From an uncultured Actinomycetes bacterium (GTDB lineage: Bacteria > Actinomycetota > Actinomycetes > Nanopelagicales > Nanopelagicaceae): a DNA stretch of 59,412 bases. A program made the translations under genes and the position numbers. Below are positions 19,571 through 29,412 of this stretch, piece by piece. The notes beneath the pieces are model-generated. The model saw nothing but the letters and a program-made list of their open reading frames with translations, had not been told where the DNA came from and did not search any database. Location: positions 1-59,412 of the forward strand of contig CAIMSI010000007.1 in the NCBI GenBank assembly GCA_903844115.1, read 5' to 3'. How positions within the stretch are numbered: position 1 is the stretch's first letter; each line of letters opens with the position of its first letter.

Positions 19571-20157
19571 ATTCTGGCCGCCCAATTCGATATCAATTTT
19601 GCTCCTGCATCGCCACTTTTTTCTGGATGAAACTGAGTTCCAAAAATGTTATTTCTCTCCACCGCGGCCACAAATCTTTCACCATATGTTGTCCACGTGA
19701 TCTGTGCATCGGCGGGAGCTGTCTTTACCGCATATGAATGAACAAAATAAAACATCTGATCTTTCAATCCCTCAAAGGTCGCGCAATTGGTATCGATGGT
19801 ATTCCAACCAATATGCGGCAAAACAGGAGCGGCAAGTTTGGCGACACTACCTTGGAAAAATCCAATTCCAGAATGGCTTCCTTTTTCTTCTCCTTGTGAA
19901 AACAATATTTGCATTCCGACGCAAATTCCAAAGAGAGGCTTCGTTGTTGCTACCGCTTCCTTAACTAAGCTGGCGCCACCAACGTCTTCCAGTTGTTTCA
20001 TGCATGCGCCAAAAGCTCCAACTCCAGGAACAACAAACGCGTCTGCACCTAGGAATGTTTTCGAATCAGAAGTTATTACAACCTTATGCCCCGTCAGCTC
20101 AAAAGCCCGTTGTGCCGATCGTAAATTTCCCGAGCCATAATCAAGAATTGCAATCAA
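19567..20157 (-). CDS. hisH: Imidazole glycerol phosphate synthase glutamine amidotransferase subunit
   Basis: 196 aa class-I GATase with nucleophile motif GICVGMQ and FHPEKS. Confidence 0.94.
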   Translation of the reverse strand: MIAILDYGSGNLRSAQRAFELTGHKVVITSDSKTFLGADAFVVPGVGAFGACMKQLEDVGGASLVKEAVATTKPLFGICVGMQILFSQGEEKGSHSGIGFFQGSVAKLAAPVLPHIGWNTIDTNCATFEGLKDQMFYFVHSYAVKTAPADAQITWTTYGERFVAAVERNNIFGTQFHPEKSGDAGAKLISNWAARI

Positions 20158-20765
20158 AGAGAGCCCTTAGTGGAAGGAATCCCGGCAACGCGGTTGTCCA
20201 CGGTTACGGCATCGCGAAGTGCACGCGCAACGGCTTTGAATTGTGCTTCAAATACGTGATGCGCATTTCTGCCTTCCAAGACTCGAACATGAAGGGCGAT
20301 ACGCGCTTCGGCAACAATAGATTCCCAAATGTGACGACCCAACGTCGTATCAAAAGTGCCAATGAGTTCCACAATTTCTGGCGCTCGATGAACAAGATAA
20401 GGGCGTCCAGAAAGATCTACTGCTGCTTGGACGAGGACCTCATCAAGTGGAACCATTGCATCACCGAATCTACGAATACCGACTTTGTCTCCTAACGCTT
20501 CACGCAGCGCCTGGCCGAAAGCTAAGGAGGTGTCTTCGACAGTGTGATGGGAATCCACATCAACATCTCCAACGGTTTTAACGGTCAAATCAAAGCCTGC
20601 ATGTTTACCGAGTTGCGAAAGCATGTGGTCAAAGAATGGAACTCCTGTTTGGATATCAATTAATCCAGATCCATCCAGGTTGAGTGAAACACTAACCTTG
20701 GATTCTTTGGTTTCACGCACCACAAGTGCGGTTCTGACATTTTTAGCATTCACTGACTGGGTCAT
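20154..20765 (-). CDS. hisB: Imidazoleglycerol-phosphate dehydratase
   Basis: 203 aa with IGPD motifs ([20 protein letters not shown]). Confidence 0.94.
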   Translation of the reverse strand: MTQSVNAKNVRTALVVRETKESKVSVSLNLDGSGLIDIQTGVPFFDHMLSQLGKHAGFDLTVKTVGDVDVDSHHTVEDTSLAFGQALREALGDKVGIRRFGDAMVPLDEVLVQAAVDLSGRPYLVHRAPEIVELIGTFDTTLGRHIWESIVAEARIALHVRVLEGRNAHHVFEAQFKAVARALRDAVTVDNRVAGIPSTKGSL

Positions 20766-20794
20766 TTCTTCAACTTTCCGGTGTGAGGGTCATA

Positions 20795-21910
20795 TTATTG
20801 CGCAATTTCTTGTAGCGCTGTTAAAAAGCGTTGATTCTCGGCCTTCGTACCAACTGAAACTCGCAAGTAACCCGCCAGGCCAACATCTCTGATAAGAATG
20901 CCGCGATTAAGGAATTCTTGCCAAATTTCATTTGATGAACGAGTAAAGCCTGAGAAAAGTATGAAGTTAGCGGAACTGTCCAAGGCTTTCCAACCAACCA
21001 ATTCGATTCCCCGTACTAGCAACTCCCTTCCAGAAAGTAGCTCCTGAATTCCACTTTGCATTAGGTTCGCATGATCAACGGCTACTTCTGCTGCGCTCTG
21101 AGTGAGAGCGCTTAAGTGATAAGGCAATCGTGTTACAAGAGCAGCATCAATTACTGATGGATGCGCGATTAGATAGCCAACGCGAACACCGGCAAAAGCA
21201 AAAGCTTTGCTCATTGTGCGAGATGACACTACGTGTGGGAATTTGGCGATAAGAGTGGCAGCTGATTGTTCTGATGAAAATTCAGCGTATGCCTCATCTA
21301 CAACCAAAAGAGCACCGACCTTGCTTGCTGCATCTGCCAATAATTCAAGATCAGATAATGGAGTCGAAGTACCCGACGGGTTGTTGGGAGTTGCAACAAA
21401 TATAAGTGAAGGTTTTTCGGCAAGAATCTGCGCAGTGGCCAACTGTATATCTATTCCAAATGTGCTTGAACGCTTTCCTTCAATCCATTGAGTGCCTGTA
21501 ATTTTTGCTATGAGTGGATGTACCGAATAAGAGGGCGTGAAACCAAGAGCAGATCTCTTTGAACCACCACATGCCAGGAATAGAGTTTGTAATATTTCGT
21601 TACTCCCATTTGCTGCCCAAATATTTTCAACAGAAAATTCCGTATTACTCGCTGAGTTCACATATTGCGCGAGCTTGGATCTCAATCGCACTGCATCGCG
21701 GTCCGGATAACGATTGAGCGAGGCGGCAACTTCCTTTATCTCTTTCACTATTGCAGCCTGAACTTCATCGGGCAGTTTGAATGGATTTTCATTGGAATTG
21801 AGTTGGACGACATCGTGAATTTGAGGAGCTCCGTAAGGAGTGAGCGTTCTTAGCTCATCGCGAAGTGGCAACCAAACGGGCCAAGTTGGTTGATTGGGTT
21901 TAATACTCAT
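20795..21910 (-). CDS. hisC: Histidinol-phosphate aminotransferase
   Basis: 371 aa class-II aminotransferase with the PLP-lysine region SRTMSKAF. Fits his operon context. Confidence 0.92.
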   Translation of the reverse strand: MSIKPNQPTWPVWLPLRDELRTLTPYGAPQIHDVVQLNSNENPFKLPDEVQAAIVKEIKEVAASLNRYPDRDAVRLRSKLAQYVNSASNTEFSVENIWAANGSNEILQTLFLACGGSKRSALGFTPSYSVHPLIAKITGTQWIEGKRSSTFGIDIQLATAQILAEKPSLIFVATPNNPSGTSTPLSDLELLADAASKVGALLVVDEAYAEFSSEQSAATLIAKFPHVVSSRTMSKAFAFAGVRVGYLIAHPSVIDAALVTRLPYHLSALTQSAAEVAVDHANLMQSGIQELLSGRELLVRGIELVGWKALDSSANFILFSGFTRSSNEIWQEFLNRGILIRDVGLAGYLRVSVGTKAENQRFLTALQEIAQ

Positions 21911-23211
21911 TCAAGCCTCGCCTTCATCGCTTCACCGTGCGCTGGCAAATCTTCGCTATTCGCCAGGGTAATTACGTTCTGGGCAATATCTTTGAAAGAT
22001 TTTTCGTCGTATTCGATGAAGTTAACCCCACGCAAGAAAGTTTGGACCGACAATCCACTCGAGTGGCAGGCGCAACCACCTGTAGGAAGAACGTGATTGG
22101 AACCTGCGGAATAATCACCTAAGGAGACTGGTGAAAATTCACCAATAAAAACGGCTCCCGCATTGCGAACCTTGCGAGCAAGATTTCGCGCATCGGACGC
22201 AATTATTTCAAGGTGTTCAGCTCCATAAGCGTTCACAACATCAAGGCCTTGATCGAGGTTATCGACAAGAACCATGCAACTTTGTATGCCACCTAAGGCG
22301 CTACGAATCCGCTGCGAATGCTTAGTGATAGAAACTCTTCGTTCAAGTTCTGCCTCAACCTGGTCCATTAGCTCCAGCGAGTCTGTGACCAATACGGCTG
22401 CCGCGATTGTGTCGTGTTCAGCCTGGCTTATTAAATCTGCTGCAACATCCGTTGCGCGAGCAGTTTTGTCTGCCACGATTGCTATTTCTGTAGGACCGGC
22501 TTCGGAATCAATTCCGACCAAGCCTCGAAGTGCGCGCTTTGCAGCAGCAACATAAATATTTCCGGGCCCAGTAACCATATTCGTGGGTTCACACAATCCT
22601 GAAACGCCGTATGCAAACATGGCAATTCCTTGAGCCCCGCCAACCGCGTAGACCTCATCAATTCCTAGCAACTCACATGTTGCCAAAATTGTTGGATGTG
22701 GCAGACCCCCAAATTCTTTCTGAGGTGGGGATGCGATTGCGATGCTTGGAACTTTTGCAATTTGGGCAGGAATAACATTCATCATCACAGAACTGGGGTA
22801 AACCGCATTACCACCAGGAACATAAAGACCGACACGATCAACTGGAATCCATCGCTGGGTTACAACTCCACCATCAACCACGTGCGTTTCATTTTCAATT
22901 CTCACCTGATCGGAATGCACTTTCTTAATACGTGTTATTGCTTCCAATAAAGCTGCGCGAACCTCGGGGTCCAGTTCAGTGAGGGCATTTTGTAGAGCAG
23001 CCCGTGGAACGCGAATCGCATCGGGAGCAATCCCATCAAAACGAAGCGCCAGTTCTTTCAGCGTATCTTCAGTTCCATTCTTAACAGCTTCAAGTAGCGG
23101 TGCTATAGAAAGGAGAGCGGAATCAATATCTAGAGTAGCTCGCGGAAGTTGCGACTTATATTCACTACTAGACAGTCGTTTTCCGCGAAGATCGAGGCGC
23201 CGGATTATCAC
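21907..23211 (-). CDS. hisD: Histidinol dehydrogenase
   Basis: 434 aa with full-length HisD resemblance ([18 protein letters not shown]). 4-nt overlap with hisC. Confidence 0.94.
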   Translation of the reverse strand: MIIRRLDLRGKRLSSSEYKSQLPRATLDIDSALLSIAPLLEAVKNGTEDTLKELALRFDGIAPDAIRVPRAALQNALTELDPEVRAALLEAITRIKKVHSDQVRIENETHVVDGGVVTQRWIPVDRVGLYVPGGNAVYPSSVMMNVIPAQIAKVPSIAIASPPQKEFGGLPHPTILATCELLGIDEVYAVGGAQGIAMFAYGVSGLCEPTNMVTGPGNIYVAAAKRALRGLVGIDSEAGPTEIAIVADKTARATDVAADLISQAEHDTIAAAVLVTDSLELMDQVEAELERRVSITKHSQRIRSALGGIQSCMVLVDNLDQGLDVVNAYGAEHLEIIASDARNLARKVRNAGAVFIGEFSPVSLGDYSAGSNHVLPTGGCACHSSGLSVQTFLRGVNFIEYDEKSFKDIAQNVITLANSEDLPAHGEAMKARLE

Positions 23212-23252
23212 CTCGTAATTCTACTTGGCGACGGGCTGATCTCGTTCCCTAA

Positions 23253-26200
23253 TTAAGCTGGCAGACAATCCGGTCCAAGCACCTGTTTTAAATCTGCTGA
23301 GAGGCTGGGCGATGAAGTGACACGTAAGTCATCATCGAGTTTCATGACAATTCCCCCCGTGCTGTTGCCATTTCCATCGTCAAGGCGCAGATGAACTTCA
23401 CGTGAACCAGGGTGTGAGCGGAGAATCTCTTTCATGCGATCCACCAAAGGTGGAGTTACTCGAGAAGAGTCAACCGTTATCAGCAATGGTCCCGATGGAG
23501 CATGGCTCACATCTGGCATTGACATGTCAATCGCCGTAAACCGGAGAGCTTCTTCTCTTTTATCCACACGTCCACGAACTACGACGACTCTGTCTTCAAC
23601 AAGATTGAGAGCGTGATTTGTGTAAGCGCTAGCAAAGAACATAACGTCTTGCGCGCCCTCTAAATCCTCAACAGTAACAATTGCCCACGCATTACCCTGT
23701 TTGGAAACCTTACGTTGTACTTGAGTAATCAATCCACCGATTGAAATAATCTGTTCATGCGCAATTCCATCATCTGAAAGTTGGCCAATGGGAATATCTA
23801 CGGCAGCACTGAGAATATGTTCCACGCCGAGAAGTGGGTGATCTGAAACATATAGCCCAAGCATTTCCCGTTCATATGCAAGAAGTAAAGATTTATCCCA
23901 CTCCCCTTGCGGAACGGTTAGTTCAACATCAGTCAATTGTGAGCCACCAATCGGTGCCGCGCCAAAGAGATCAAATTGCCCAATCGCTTCGGCCCGCTTA
24001 TTTTCATTCACGGCATCAATAGCTTCTAAATACACCATCATCAATCCCTTACGGGTATGGCCAAGAGAATCAAATGCACCAGCTTTGATGAGTGATTCAA
24101 TAGTCTTTTTATTGCAAACATTTTGTTCTGACTTCGCCAGGAAATCCCCAAAAGATTGGTAGCGACCCTTACTTTCGCGCGCCCGCACGATTGATTCCGT
24201 TACGTTTTCTCCTACATTTCGAATGGCTCCCATGCCGAACCGAATGTCTTTTCCAAGAGCTGCATAATCGGTGAAGGATTCATTTACATCCGGGGCCAAA
24301 ACCTTTATACCCATACGCCGGCACTCATTGAGATATTGAGCGCTTTTATCCTTGTCATCACGAACGCTGGTCAGTAGAGCGGCCATATATTCAGTCGAAT
24401 AGTTAGCCTTTAAATATGCCGTCCAGTAGGAAACCATTCCATACCCAGCGGTGTGAGACCGGTTAAATGCGTAGTCAGAGAATGGAATCAAAGTTTCCCA
24501 TAATTTTTTAATTGCACCCTGTGAAAAATTATTCTTTTTCATTCCTTCTTCAAAATTTACATACTCTTTATCCAGAATGTCTTTGTTCTTTTTACCCATC
24601 GCTTTACGTAATAGATCTGCGCGTCCAAGTGAAAACCCAGCAACTTTTTGGGCAATGGCCATTACTTGTTCCTGATAAACGATGAGTCCATAGGTATCAT
24701 CAAGAATTTCTCCAAGAGGCTCTGAAAGTTCAGGGTGAATAGGCTCAACCGGTTTGCGTCGATTCTTGCGATCGGCATAGTCCGTGTGCGCATTAACACC
24801 CATTGGACCTGGGCGATACAGAGCCAGAACAGCTGAAATATCTTCGAATGAATCTGGAGACATCTGCTTAAGAAGTGAGCGCATTGGCCCACCATCTAAT
24901 TGAAAGACGCCCAATGTTTCACCTTTTGATAGTAGATCAAAAGTTTTCTTATCATCGAGAGTTAAAGTGGACAAATCCACCGTGACATTTTGATTCTTCA
25001 CAATATTTTCAAGGCAGATATCAATCACAGAAAGATTGCGAAGGCCAAGGAAGTCCATTTTCAACAGTCCAATTGACTCGCAAGCACCCATATCGAACTG
25101 GGTAATAATTGCTCCATCGCTCTCACGACGATGAATTGGGATGACTTCTAGAAGTGGATCGCGTGAAAGAATCACACCGGCGGCGTGGACTCCCCACTGA
25201 CGCTTGAGCCCCTCTAGGCCACGAGCGGTGTCAACAATCTTCTTTGCATCTGGATCAGTTTCATAGATAGTTCTAAATTCTCCAGCTTCACCATAACGCT
25301 CATCCTTAGCATCAAAAATCCCAGAAAGAGTGATGTCCTTACCCATAATGGTGGGAGGAAGGGCTTTAGTAATTTTGTCGCCTATTGCATATGGATAGCC
25401 AAGTACTCGAGTCGCATCCTTGAGAGCTTGTTTAGATTTTATATTGCTATAGGTGATGATTTGGGCGACGCGATCTTCTCCGTATGTATCAGTTGCATAC
25501 TGAATCATTTCCGAGCGACGACGTTCATCAAAGTCTAAATCGATATCGGGCATTGAGATACGTTCTGGGTTAAGGAAACGTTCAAAGAGAAGTCCGTGAC
25601 GAATTGGATCAAGTTGGGTAATTCCAAGGGCGTAGGAGACAAGAGAACCTGCTGCCGAACCACGACCTGGACCTACGCGAATGCCAACTTCACGAGCATG
25701 TGCACATAAATCTGCCACAACAAGAAAGTAACCCGGAAAGCCCATCGTTATCATGACGTTTAATTCATAATCTAAACGTTCCTGATAGTGCTCCGGGACT
25801 TTTCCGTTACAACGATTTTGTAACCCTTCATTTGATAAACGCGTAAGCCATGAAACTTCGGTTTCTCCCTGTGGCACGGGGAACTGTGGAAGTAAGTTCT
25901 CCCCCTCGCGCATTGTTATGTTGCAGCGCTCGGCGATAAGTAGTGTGTTATCGCAAGCGTCTGGAAAATCAGAGAAAAGTTGACGCATTTGGGAAGCAGT
26001 TTTTACATAGAACTCATCGTTATCAAATTTAAATCGTTTTGGATCTGCAATCGTGGAGCCCGATTGAACGCACAATAAGGCTTCGTGAGCACCTGCATCT
26101 TCGTGCTTTGTGTAATGAAGGTCATTTGTCGCAAGTAGTGGTAAACCTAATTCGCTACCAAGCTTAAGAAGATCCTTTCGAACACGAGTTTCAATATCAA

Positions 26201-26864
26201 TCCCATGATCCATTAATTCTAGATAAAAATTATCTTTACCGAAAATATCTCGCAACTCACTAGCTGATTTAATAGCCTCTTTGTACGCTCCCATACGCAG
26301 GCGAGTTTGAATTTCACCACCTGGGCAACCCGTTGTTGCAATCAACCCTTTGGAATATTGAGAAAGTAGTTCGCGATCCATTCGAGGCTTGTAGTAGAAA
26401 CCTTCGAGAGAAGCTAAAGACGATAATTTGAAAAGATTTCCAAGCCCAGTGTTATTCTCAGCAAGAATTGTCATGTGTGTATAAGCGCCACCACCTGAGA
26501 CATCGTCTTCACCGCCATCAGCCCATTTGACTCTCTTTTTATCAAAGCGACTTTCCGGAGCAACATAAGCTTCAATACCGATGATGGGTTTAACTCCAGC
26601 GCTTACTGCTTGCTTGTTGAATTCATAAGCGCCAAAAACATTGCCATGGTCTGTAATTGCAATTGCCGGCATCTCTAGTCGAGCAACTTCAGCAACAAGC
26701 TCTTTTACCCGAGCGGCGCCGTCCAACATTGAATATTCTGTGTGAACGTGCAAGTGCACGAAATTATCGGAATCAGCCAATTTTTTAGGCGAGCTAGTAG
26801 AGGAGGGAGTAGAAGAAGACACGGTTGGGAGATTACTACCGTAACTACTCCCCTTCTCGGACAT
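23253..26864 (-). CDS. dnaE: DNA polymerase III alpha subunit (replicative)
   Basis: 1203 aa. PHP domain (FVHLHVHTEYSMLDGA), pol III alpha core and OB fold. Has a Ser/Thr-rich N-terminal extension of about 30 aa. Confidence 0.95.
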   Translation of the reverse strand: MSEKGSSYGSNLPTVSSSTPSSTSSPKKLADSDNFVHLHVHTEYSMLDGAARVKELVAEVARLEMPAIAITDHGNVFGAYEFNKQAVSAGVKPIIGIEAYVAPESRFDKKRVKWADGGEDDVSGGGAYTHMTILAENNTGLGNLFKLSSLASLEGFYYKPRMDRELLSQYSKGLIATTGCPGGEIQTRLRMGAYKEAIKSASELRDIFGKDNFYLELMDHGIDIETRVRKDLLKLGSELGLPLLATNDLHYTKHEDAGAHEALLCVQSGSTIADPKRFKFDNDEFYVKTASQMRQLFSDFPDACDNTLLIAERCNITMREGENLLPQFPVPQGETEVSWLTRLSNEGLQNRCNGKVPEHYQERLDYELNVMITMGFPGYFLVVADLCAHAREVGIRVGPGRGSAAGSLVSYALGITQLDPIRHGLLFERFLNPERISMPDIDLDFDERRRSEMIQYATDTYGEDRVAQIITYSNIKSKQALKDATRVLGYPYAIGDKITKALPPTIMGKDITLSGIFDAKDERYGEAGEFRTIYETDPDAKKIVDTARGLEGLKRQWGVHAAGVILSRDPLLEVIPIHRRESDGAIITQFDMGACESIGLLKMDFLGLRNLSVIDICLENIVKNQNVTVDLSTLTLDDKKTFDLLSKGETLGVFQLDGGPMRSLLKQMSPDSFEDISAVLALYRPGPMGVNAHTDYADRKNRRKPVEPIHPELSEPLGEILDDTYGLIVYQEQVMAIAQKVAGFSLGRADLLRKAMGKKNKDILDKEYVNFEEGMKKNNFSQGAIKKLWETLIPFSDYAFNRSHTAGYGMVSYWTAYLKANYSTEYMAALLTSVRDDKDKSAQYLNECRRMGIKVLAPDVNESFTDYAALGKDIRFGMGAIRNVGENVTESIVRARESKGRYQSFGDFLAKSEQNVCNKKTIESLIKAGAFDSLGHTRKGLMMVYLEAIDAVNENKRAEAIGQFDLFGAAPIGGSQLTDVELTVPQGEWDKSLLLAYEREMLGLYVSDHPLLGVEHILSAAVDIPIGQLSDDGIAHEQIISIGGLITQVQRKVSKQGNAWAIVTVEDLEGAQDVMFFASAYTNHALNLVEDRVVVVRGRVDKREEALRFTAIDMSMPDVSHAPSGPLLITVDSSRVTPPLVDRMKEILRSHPGSREVHLRLDDGNGNSTGGIVMKLDDDLRVTSSPSLSADLKQVLGPDCLPA

Positions 26865-27807
26865 GCCCGAGAAGTGTCAAAGTGCGTGTCAGTTCAGGTG
26901 GGTACTGGCTTGTGAAAGCGAGCGGTGAGCCTGTAACTGGATGGTTAAATCGCAACTCCTTGGCGTGAAGCCACGGACGCGTTAACTCAAGACGAGTGGC
27001 AATCGTGTGGTCGGCGCCATAAGTCATATCCCCAACAAGTGGGTGATGAAGCGCTGCAAAGTGAACACGGATTTGATGCGTGCGTCCAGTTTCTAATTCG
27101 ATTTCAAGAAGTGAAACTGCCGGAAAATATTCAAGAGTTTTATAGTGAGTAATGCTTGGTTTCCCATCGAGAACGACAGCAAATCGATAATCCTCTTTTG
27201 GGTGACGATCTATCGGCGCATCAATTGTTCCCTCAGAGGGATCCATATGACCTTGTACGAGAGCGTGATAAACCTTTGTAACCGAGCGGTCTCTGAACTG
27301 ATCCTTGAGATTGCTGTAGGAATTCTCATCTTTTGCTAGAACCATCAGACCCGTTGTACCAACGTCTAGACGATGCACAACACCTTGACGCTCCGCCGCG
27401 CCACTTGTGGTCACTGTGTAGCCAGCGGCTATCACCGCTCCGATAACGGTAGGTCCGTGCCATCCTGGACTCGGATGCGCTGCAACACCTGCGGGCTTAT
27501 TTATAACAATGATATTTTCGTCGTTGTATATGACATCTAACCCCTCAATGGGTGTTGGGGTCAGTTCTAATGGAGATTTAGGCGCTGGCATACGAACTTC
27601 AATTTGTTCATCTTCACTTACTTTGTCAGCTTTACCTAAAACCTTTCCGCTTCGTCTAACATCCCCAGCTTCGATGAGGTCAACTATTGTTGATCGAGAA
27701 ATACCCAATAAGCGCGCTAAAGCACCATCGACTCTTTCATTATGGAGTCCACCAGGTATCGTGACAATCTTCTCTTCCCTGGCGGCGCCTTTTTCAGATG
27801 TGGTCAT
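26845..27807 (-). CDS. rluD: RluA-family 23S rRNA pseudouridine synthase (RluD-like)
   Basis: 320 aa. S4 domain plus the catalytic motif VHRLDVGTTGLMV. Confidence 0.9.
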   Translation of the reverse strand: MTTSEKGAAREEKIVTIPGGLHNERVDGALARLLGISRSTIVDLIEAGDVRRSGKVLGKADKVSEDEQIEVRMPAPKSPLELTPTPIEGLDVIYNDENIIVINKPAGVAAHPSPGWHGPTVIGAVIAAGYTVTTSGAAERQGVVHRLDVGTTGLMVLAKDENSYSNLKDQFRDRSVTKVYHALVQGHMDPSEGTIDAPIDRHPKEDYRFAVVLDGKPSITHYKTLEYFPAVSLLEIELETGRTHQIRVHFAALHHPLVGDMTYGADHTIATRLELTRPWLHAKELRFNHPVTGSPLAFTSQYPPELTRTLTLLGHVREGE

Positions 27808-27819
27808 TGTTATTGGTAT

Positions 27820-28386
27820 CTACTTTTCTCTGCTTTTCGGTTGCTCATTCCCATGAGTTGGATGAGTTGGATGAGTTGGATGAGTCGGATGAATATCTCT
27901 GAAGGTGAGGATACAGGCAAGAAGTGCTGCAATAAATATGGATGAATCAGCAAGATTGAAGATCGGCCAGTGGGGAACTTGAATCCAATCAACGACATCC
28001 CCCCTTAAAAAGGATGGAGCTCGCAGAGCGCGATCTAGGAGATTTCCGACAATTCCACCGAGAACTAGCCCGGAAACATAGGCCCATGGTCTTGATTCAA
28101 TCTTCTTGGACAGGAAGATTGTTAATACTGCTATTGCAATTGAAAAAAGTGAGAACAAGTACGTAGCTGATGGGGCCAGGCTAAATGCTGCCCCCGAATT
28201 GAAAGCCAAGTGCAATTGCAGAAAGGAGCCAACTATCTTCTTTGGGTCAGTTCCCAAGGAAGCCAGAACGATCTTCTTTGAAGCTATATCTAAACCACAA
28301 GAAAGAAAAGCCACCCAGATTATTATCCGGCGAACTCTCAATTTATTGGTGTTATTGATCAGCGACGTTCTTCCTTTTGTTTGCAT
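27820..28386 (-). CDS. lspA: Lipoprotein signal peptidase II, with a C-terminal (HPT)n repeat tail
   Basis: LspA motifs GGIVGNLLDR and IFNLADS. The start is uncertain: ATG 28386 overlaps the upstream gene by 28 nt, TTG 28341 is an alternative, and the ORF track starts at 28449. Confidence 0.85.
   Translation of the reverse strand: MQTKGRTSLINNTNKLRVRRIIIWVAFLSCGLDIASKKIVLASLGTDPKKIVGSFLQLHLAFNSGAAFSLAPSATYLFSLFSIAIAVLTIFLSKKIESRPWAYVSGLVLGGIVGNLLDRALRAPSFLRGDVVDWIQVPHWPIFNLADSSIFIAALLACILTFRDIHPTHPTHPTHPTHGNEQPKSREK
27853..27892. repeat. About 4.4 tandem copies of a 9-bp unit (atgagttgg), in frame within the lspA 3' end
   Basis: Read directly from the sequence. Encodes HPTHPTHPTHPTH on the minus strand. 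Lies 45-85 nt upstream of the rluD start. Confidence 0.92.
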
Positions 28387-29222
28387 GCCATACAAAGGGT
28401 TGCACGTGGGAATACCTGTAAGCGATCTTTGCCAATGAAGCTTCCGCACTCTTCACATTTGCCGTATGTCTTCGTATCAATACGCTCAACTGCGCGCTCC
28501 GTTTGGGCAACCATGTCACGTGCGTTGTAAACGAGAGACATTTCGTGCTCACGTTCGAAAGTTTTAGTTCCAGCATCTGCTTGATCATCACCAGCGCCAA
28601 CACCGGCTGCTGCAATCAGATCTTCCATCTCTTTTTCAGCATCAGCTAGCTCTTGGCGCAAACGCACAAGTTCTTTGAGCAATTGAGTACGCATTGATTT
28701 TAGTTCGGCAGCTGTCCACGCTCCCTCGGTTTCACTCACAACGAGAGGAGTTGGCGCGCCCTTAATTGGTTTTAAAGCAGCAGCCTTTTTGAGAGCTATA
28801 GACGGGCGTACTGGAGGCAGCATTGTGAGGCGGCGTTCTTCGACAACAATTTCAGCGGGGTTAACTTCTTTAGGTGCGACGCTAATAGTGGTCGCGTTTC
28901 CTTTTGTGGTGCTCTGCAATTTTGCAGCAATAGGTTTCGCTGGCGCTTTAGGAGTCTTTAAAACTTGCGGTACCTTCTTAACTGGAGCACTCTTTTTTGC
29001 TGGGGCTTTCTTCGCCACTACTTTCTTTACGGCTGCCTTCTTAGCGGGTGCCTTTTTTACAGGTGATTTTTTTGCAGGGGCTTTTTTTGCAGGGGCTTTT
29101 TTTGCAGGGGCTTTCTTAACGGACTTCACCGGAGCTTTCTTGGATTTTGCTGCTTTTTTGGACGCAGATTTTGACGCAGATTTTGACACTGCCTTCTTTA
29201 TGGCTTTCGCGACCTTACCCAT
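28359..29222 (-). CDS. DksA/TraR C4 zinc-finger protein with a lysine/alanine/proline-rich histone-H1-like N-terminal tail (DdbA-like)
   Basis: 287 aa. The N-terminal ~100 aa consist of (P)AKKA repeats. The C-terminus has a coiled coil plus CEECGSFIGKDRLQVFPRATLCMACK. Synteny ileS / this gene / lspA matches Streptomyces SCO2076-2074. Confidence 0.8.
   Translation of the reverse strand: MGKVAKAIKKAVSKSASKSASKKAAKSKKAPVKSVKKAPAKKAPAKKAPAKKSPVKKAPAKKAAVKKVVAKKAPAKKSAPVKKVPQVLKTPKAPAKPIAAKLQSTTKGNATTISVAPKEVNPAEIVVEERRLTMLPPVRPSIALKKAAALKPIKGAPTPLVVSETEGAWTAAELKSMRTQLLKELVRLRQELADAEKEMEDLIAAAGVGAGDDQADAGTKTFEREHEMSLVYNARDMVAQTERAVERIDTKTYGKCEECGSFIGKDRLQVFPRATLCMACKQKEERR
29067..29111. repeat. 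3 perfect tandem copies of a 15-bp unit (tttttttgcaggggc), coding
   Basis: Read directly from the sequence. Encodes APAKK x3 in the histone-like tail. Confidence 0.92.
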
Positions 29223-29363
29223 CGCTTGCTCCTCTAATTTTTTAAACGAGACTTTTATAAGATTTGACTAGATTTTATAAGTTTAGGCGCAAGGTTAAGA
29301 CTTGTGGCGTCTAAACTCCAACTCAGCCACGCTAGAATCGCGTCTTACGCTCAGCCCAGTTGC

Positions 29364-29395
29364 TAGTCCAGTAGGTAGTCCAGTAGGTAGTCCAA
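29364..29395. repeat. About 2.7 tandem copies of a 12-bp unit (tagtccagtagg) in the ileS leader
   Basis: Read directly from the sequence. Ends 4 nt before the GAGGAG RBS of ileS. Confidence 0.9.
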
Positions 29396-29412
29396 TTTAG
29401 AGGAGTTTATTT

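Noticed and set aside
28789-29271. 160-aa plus-strand ORF with FFAGAFFAGAFF repeats
   Set aside because: It is the antisense translation of the (PAKKA)n repeats of the DdbA-like gene, so it is an artefact of repeat symmetry.
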